DNA of 64,000 nucleotides from Spirochaetia bacterium (GTDB lineage: Bacteria; Spirochaetota; Spirochaetia; UBA9216), in the NCBI GenBank assembly GCA_963675665.1, contig OY776510.1, forward strand, positions 3,808,001-3,872,000, in the 5' to 3' direction. Position numbers and translations under genes: made by a program. Below the pieces are notes generated by a model that worked only from the letters and a program-made list of their open reading frames with translations, had not been told where the DNA came from and did no database searches. Below, in pieces: positions 60,248-64,000 of this stretch; the first letter of the stretch is position 1; the number at the start of each line of letters is the position of its first letter.

Positions 60248-61126
60248 TTAATTGATCTTTTTTTCCGGCGGTATAACCAGGTGGAAAAAGATCAGGGTAA
60301 TCAGGTAACTCACCAGAAACAGAATTACAACAACTGCCGATCCGTATCCTATATGCCAGTATTTAAAATTTACCCGGTATCCGTATATACTTAATGCTTC
60401 CGTAGCCATTCCCGGTCCGCCTGTAGTCATCATCCATATCTTGTCGAATATTTTATAGGCATCAGTAAATCTTAAAAGAAAAGCAACCGTAAAAATCGGT
60501 CTTAATGCCGGTAAAGTTACCCTTCTGAAAGTCTGAACAGCGCTTGCGCCGTCAACCTGTGCAGCTTCCAAAGGTTCTTTCGGCTGCCCCAGAAGCCCGG
60601 CCAGAAACAGCAGGAACAGGAACGGAGTCCATTGCCAGATATCAATCGCAATAATGGTACCGAGCGCCGTTTTAGAACTGCCCAGAAGACCGTCATTTGC
60701 TATGCCGAGATTTTTAAGAAATATTCCTACAACTCCAAAATTGGGATTCAGATTCAGCCTCCAGATAAGACCTACTACAGTAGGAGAAATTATCATTGGA
60801 ATCAAAAGTATGGGTACTACAAATTTCTGAGTAAAAATATGCCGTGAAACAAGAACCGCAAGGGCCAAGCCCAATAACAATTCTACAGGAAGAGAAACAA
60901 GCAGAAACTTAATTGTTACCCAGATACTTGTTCGAAATGCAGTATCGGTAAAAACCTTTCTGTAATTATCCAGGGCTATAAACCCGCCGGAGCCGATTTT
61001 GGTATAACTCAGACTGAAAAAACTGTTGTATATCATTATCAGCCACGGAGTCAGTGATATAACAAAACATAAAATCACTGCCGGAAGAATCCAGGCATTC
61101 CAGCCTTGCCATTTACTTAGTCGCAT
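60248..61126 (-). CDS. Carbohydrate ABC permease
   Basis: DIWQWTPF, EAAQVDGA, TTGGPG. Confidence 0.92.
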   Translation of the reverse strand: MRLSKWQGWNAWILPAVILCFVISLTPWLIMIYNSFFSLSYTKIGSGGFIALDNYRKVFTDTAFRTSIWVTIKFLLVSLPVELLLGLALAVLVSRHIFTQKFVVPILLIPMIISPTVVGLIWRLNLNPNFGVVGIFLKNLGIANDGLLGSSKTALGTIIAIDIWQWTPFLFLLFLAGLLGQPKEPLEAAQVDGASAVQTFRRVTLPALRPIFTVAFLLRFTDAYKIFDKIWMMTTGGPGMATEALSIYGYRVNFKYWHIGYGSAVVVILFLVSYLITLIFFHLVIPPEKKIN

Positions 61127-61141
61127 AATACACTCCTATTT

Positions 61142-61918
61142 TCAGCTTTTCATAACACGCAGACCGGGACCGTACCCCAAGGTTTCGCCCTGATCAATGA
61201 TAACCGCTGAGCCTTTCATGGCGCTTGATTCATCCGACGCAAGAAATGCCACAAGATTCGCTACCTCTTCAGGGGTTGATATCTGCCCCATGCTTTCCAT
61301 AACGGCCTCAGGATCGTCTTCAAGACTTAGCTGCCGTTCCAGCAAAGGCGTCACCATATTGCCGGGACAGACAACATTTATACGTATATTGTCTTTTGCA
61401 TGATCCAGAGCCAGTGCTCTTGCAAAAGCAACTACCCCGCCCTTTGAAGCGGCATAACTTGTAAAACCGGGATCACATACATATGCCCAGTTTGATCCTG
61501 TAAAAACAATTACACCCTTGTCCTGTTTCAACATTTGAGTTATTCCATACTTTGCAGAAAGAAAAGCGCCGTTCAGATTGACATCTACAACCTTTTTCCA
61601 ATCGTCAAATGAAAGTTCTGAAACAAATTTTACTTTGTCTATAATTCCAGTGTTGATATGAAGTATATCTACTGAACCAAAAGCGGAAACAACCTGTTTG
61701 AAGGCATTAATAACATCAGCTTCCTGTGTTACATCACAGTGAATAAATAACCCCTCGGTTCCGGCATCATTGCATTCTTTAACAACAGCTTCACCTTTTT
61801 TATCATCTATATCAAAGATTGCTACTTTTGCTTTGCCGGAAGCAAATTTTAATACAGAGGCTCTGCCCAGCCCTGAAGCTCCTCCGGTTACAACAGCTAT
61901 CTTACCGTTAAAATCCAT
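61142..61918 (-). CDS. SDR family oxidoreductase
   Basis: TGGASGLG, YAASK, NVVCPG. Start probably ATG 61918. Confidence 0.92.
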   Translation of the reverse strand: MDFNGKIAVVTGGASGLGRASVLKFASGKAKVAIFDIDDKKGEAVVKECNDAGTEGLFIHCDVTQEADVINAFKQVVSAFGSVDILHINTGIIDKVKFVSELSFDDWKKVVDVNLNGAFLSAKYGITQMLKQDKGVIVFTGSNWAYVCDPGFTSYAASKGGVVAFARALALDHAKDNIRINVVCPGNMVTPLLERQLSLEDDPEAVMESMGQISTPEEVANLVAFLASDESSAMKGSAVIIDQGETLGYGPGLRVMKS

Positions 61919-61944
61919 AAATTCCCCCAATTATTACTTTAATT

Positions 61945-63468
61945 TTAATCACCGGTCTCTTTTGCAAACATCGATTTCAATGAAGCATACAGTTCAATAT
62001 ATTTGCTGTATACGACATCATAGATTTCCTTATTCGTATGGTTCGGTTCATACCGTTCTTTCACCGTTACCATTCTTCTGGATGCCTCTTTCAGATTTTG
62101 AAACATTCCTATTCCTGCACCTGCAACAATGGCAGCTCCCAGACATGCTTCTTCCTCATTGTCAGTGACTATTACGGTTTTCCCTGTTACATCGGCCTTG
62201 AGCTGGCTCCAGAACGGACTTTTAGCCCCGCCGCCGAGGCTGCGAATTTCATTAACAGGAATTCCAAGCTCTTCAATAACTTCTATATTCTTTCTCAGAA
62301 TAAAGGCTATCCCTTCCATAATTGCCCTGGTGAAGTGGGCCCTGTTATGTGCCAGGGTAACACCGTAGAAGACCCCCTTTGCCTTTGGATCATTCTCAGG
62401 AGCCATTGCACCCTGAAGATGAGGAAGCATTACCAGTCCGTCAGCTCCGGGAGCCACTTCCGCTGCAGCAAGGCTCATCAGTTCGTAAGCATCAATTCCT
62501 GATCTGTCTCCGACAATAATCTCATTTTCACAGAACTTGTCCCTGAACCACTTCAAAACCATGCCGCCTGTTGTAAAGGTATGGGCCATGTAGGTATCAG
62601 GCATTCCATGGTAGTGGCAGGGCATTCTCTTTAACGGATCAAAGACCGGTTTGTCGACAGTAGAGACAATTGCCAGGGCGGAACCTGTGCTTTCCGAGAA
62701 GACTCCCGGTTCAACATTTCCAACACCTATTGCTCCCGCCGCCTGATCAAGAACCCCGGTACAGACAACAGTTTTGGAAGAAAGTCCTGTTTCATCTGCG
62801 ACATTTTCCTTAACCGGCCCTACAACATCACCCGATTCATGGATTTCAGGAAGTTGTTCTTTGGTTATACCAAGATAATCCAGCATATCTGACCAGTATT
62901 CTTTTGTAGTTATATCCCAGAATACCGTAGAACAAAGTAAGGAGCCCTCCGCCGCAAATTTTCCTGTTAGACGGTAAATGAAATAATCTTCGATCAAAAG
63001 GTATTTTGAAACCCTGGCGAATAAGTCGGGCTCATTCTTCTTCATCCATAATATTTTGGAAGCCGGCCATGTCGGAACAATACTGACCTGACCGGTTATT
63101 CCATAAATATCACTGTTTTGAAAAGCCTTTTGCAGTTCATCAGCCTCATCCTGGGCCCGGTTATCCATCCATACTATTGCATTTCTCAGAGGGTTGCCTG
63201 AATTATCAACCGGAATCAGGGTTTCACCCTGAGCCGAGATGCCTATGGCGCGTATTGAATCGGAATTAATTCCGCTTTTTTGTAAAACTTCGCGTACGCC
63301 GGCCTTGAATGCTTTCCAGTATGTTTCAACTTCCATTTCAACTGAAAGCGCTGTAGGTGTAAGAAGAGTATATTCCTGATTTGAAGATGCAACCAAACCG
63401 CCTTTTTCATTAAACAAAGCGGTTTTTATCGCTGAAGTTCCTAAATCAAGACTTAAAATATATTCCAT
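61945..63468 (-). CDS. FGGY-family carbohydrate kinase (xylulokinase-like)
   Basis: LDLGTSAIK, WMDNRA, DQAAGAIG, GGGAKS, LGAA. Confidence 0.9.
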   Translation of the reverse strand: MEYILSLDLGTSAIKTALFNEKGGLVASSNQEYTLLTPTALSVEMEVETYWKAFKAGVREVLQKSGINSDSIRAIGISAQGETLIPVDNSGNPLRNAIVWMDNRAQDEADELQKAFQNSDIYGITGQVSIVPTWPASKILWMKKNEPDLFARVSKYLLIEDYFIYRLTGKFAAEGSLLCSTVFWDITTKEYWSDMLDYLGITKEQLPEIHESGDVVGPVKENVADETGLSSKTVVCTGVLDQAAGAIGVGNVEPGVFSESTGSALAIVSTVDKPVFDPLKRMPCHYHGMPDTYMAHTFTTGGMVLKWFRDKFCENEIIVGDRSGIDAYELMSLAAAEVAPGADGLVMLPHLQGAMAPENDPKAKGVFYGVTLAHNRAHFTRAIMEGIAFILRKNIEVIEELGIPVNEIRSLGGGAKSPFWSQLKADVTGKTVIVTDNEEEACLGAAIVAGAGIGMFQNLKEASRRMVTVKERYEPNHTNKEIYDVVYSKYIELYASLKSMFAKETGD

Positions 63469-63485
63469 AAAAACTCCTAACTTTT

Positions 63486-63821
63486 TTATTTTTCAGGCGG
63501 TCCCATTGTCCAGGTTACTACTGCTTTCTCCTCACCGATATTTATCAGAGTATGCGAAACCCCTTCGGGCATAAGAATACAATCACCTTCATTCAGTTCA
63601 AAATAGCGATCCTGTTCTTCAACAAACATAAGAACATGCCCTCTTGAAACAAAAAAAACTTCGTGAGAATCCGGGTGCCCGGGGTCCTTAGCCCCTCTCT
63701 GTCCGGGCAATAATTCAGATGAGCCGAATACAATCTTGTCCGTATGCAGATACTCGCGACAATGTTCAACTCCTTCCATGAAATTTCTTGCATCCTTCTT
63801 TTCTACCTTTAAAACATCCAT
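63486..63821 (-). CDS. Cupin domain protein
   Basis: HPDSHEVFFVSRG...GDCILMPEGVSH. Start probably ATG 63821. Confidence 0.82.
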   Translation of the reverse strand: MDVLKVEKKDARNFMEGVEHCREYLHTDKIVFGSSELLPGQRGAKDPGHPDSHEVFFVSRGHVLMFVEEQDRYFELNEGDCILMPEGVSHTLINIGEEKAVVTWTMGPPEK

Positions 63822-63847
63822 TTTTCTTCCTACTTCTCCAAAGTCAT

Positions 63848-64000
63848 TTATTTTTGCAGGTAATCGTAACTTGCAACTACCTGTTCCCTGAAAGAACCTT
63901 CTTTTACAAATTTCTGTTGGAAATACGCTGTACCGATAGTAAATGCCCATGGGTTTATTCTTTTCATTACATCAATTCGGTCAAAGCTTGATATACTTCC
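63848..64000 (-). CDS. C-terminal end of an upstream operon gene (possibly a TIM-barrel protein; partial)
   Basis: Manual translation GSISSFDRIDVMKRINPWAFTIGTAYFQQKF...LQK*; frame is open from the window edge. Confidence 0.6.
   Translation of the reverse strand, partial: GSISSFDRIDVMKRINPWAFTIGTAYFQQKFVKEGSFREQVVASYDYLQK

Noticed and set aside
1-64000. CRISPR arrays, tRNA/rRNA, transposases, integrases, phage or defence genes
   Set aside because: None seen by eye in the ORFs or intergenic regions; short or degenerate elements could have been missed.

Overview
Gene-dense, moderately AT-rich chromosomal segment, very probably from a spirochaete (Spirochaetales). The evidence is a P83/100 protein, two FlaB flagellins starting MIINHN, a long FliD, a PlzA-like PilZ protein, an orphan groES and the flgK-flgL-fliW-csrA block facing tsaE/tsaB. 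It holds housekeeping genes (ppdK, lysC, ilvC, kbl-tdh, infC-rpmI-rplT, zapB/zapA, queH, PBP1A), late flagellar genes, several c-di-GMP and cNMP signalling proteins, a TetR-ABC exporter and an uncharacterised sugar/polyol ABC catabolic operon. RNA elements are a lysine riboswitch and a 6S RNA. I saw no transposase, phage, CRISPR, tRNA or rRNA. The most interesting signals are non-coding: (1) a candidate ~87-nt sigma28-driven sRNA with a C-rich anti-SD loop at ~6.3 kb; (2) a sigma54 promoter with two tandem enhancer-like sites upstream of a short RpoS-like sigma factor; (3) a structured, GGA-rich, boxA-containing leader between the flagellin genes; (4) an unexplained ~155-nt rod-like hairpin flanked by 12-bp direct repeats upstream of infC. 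All calls were made by eye from motifs, with no database searches or folding runs.
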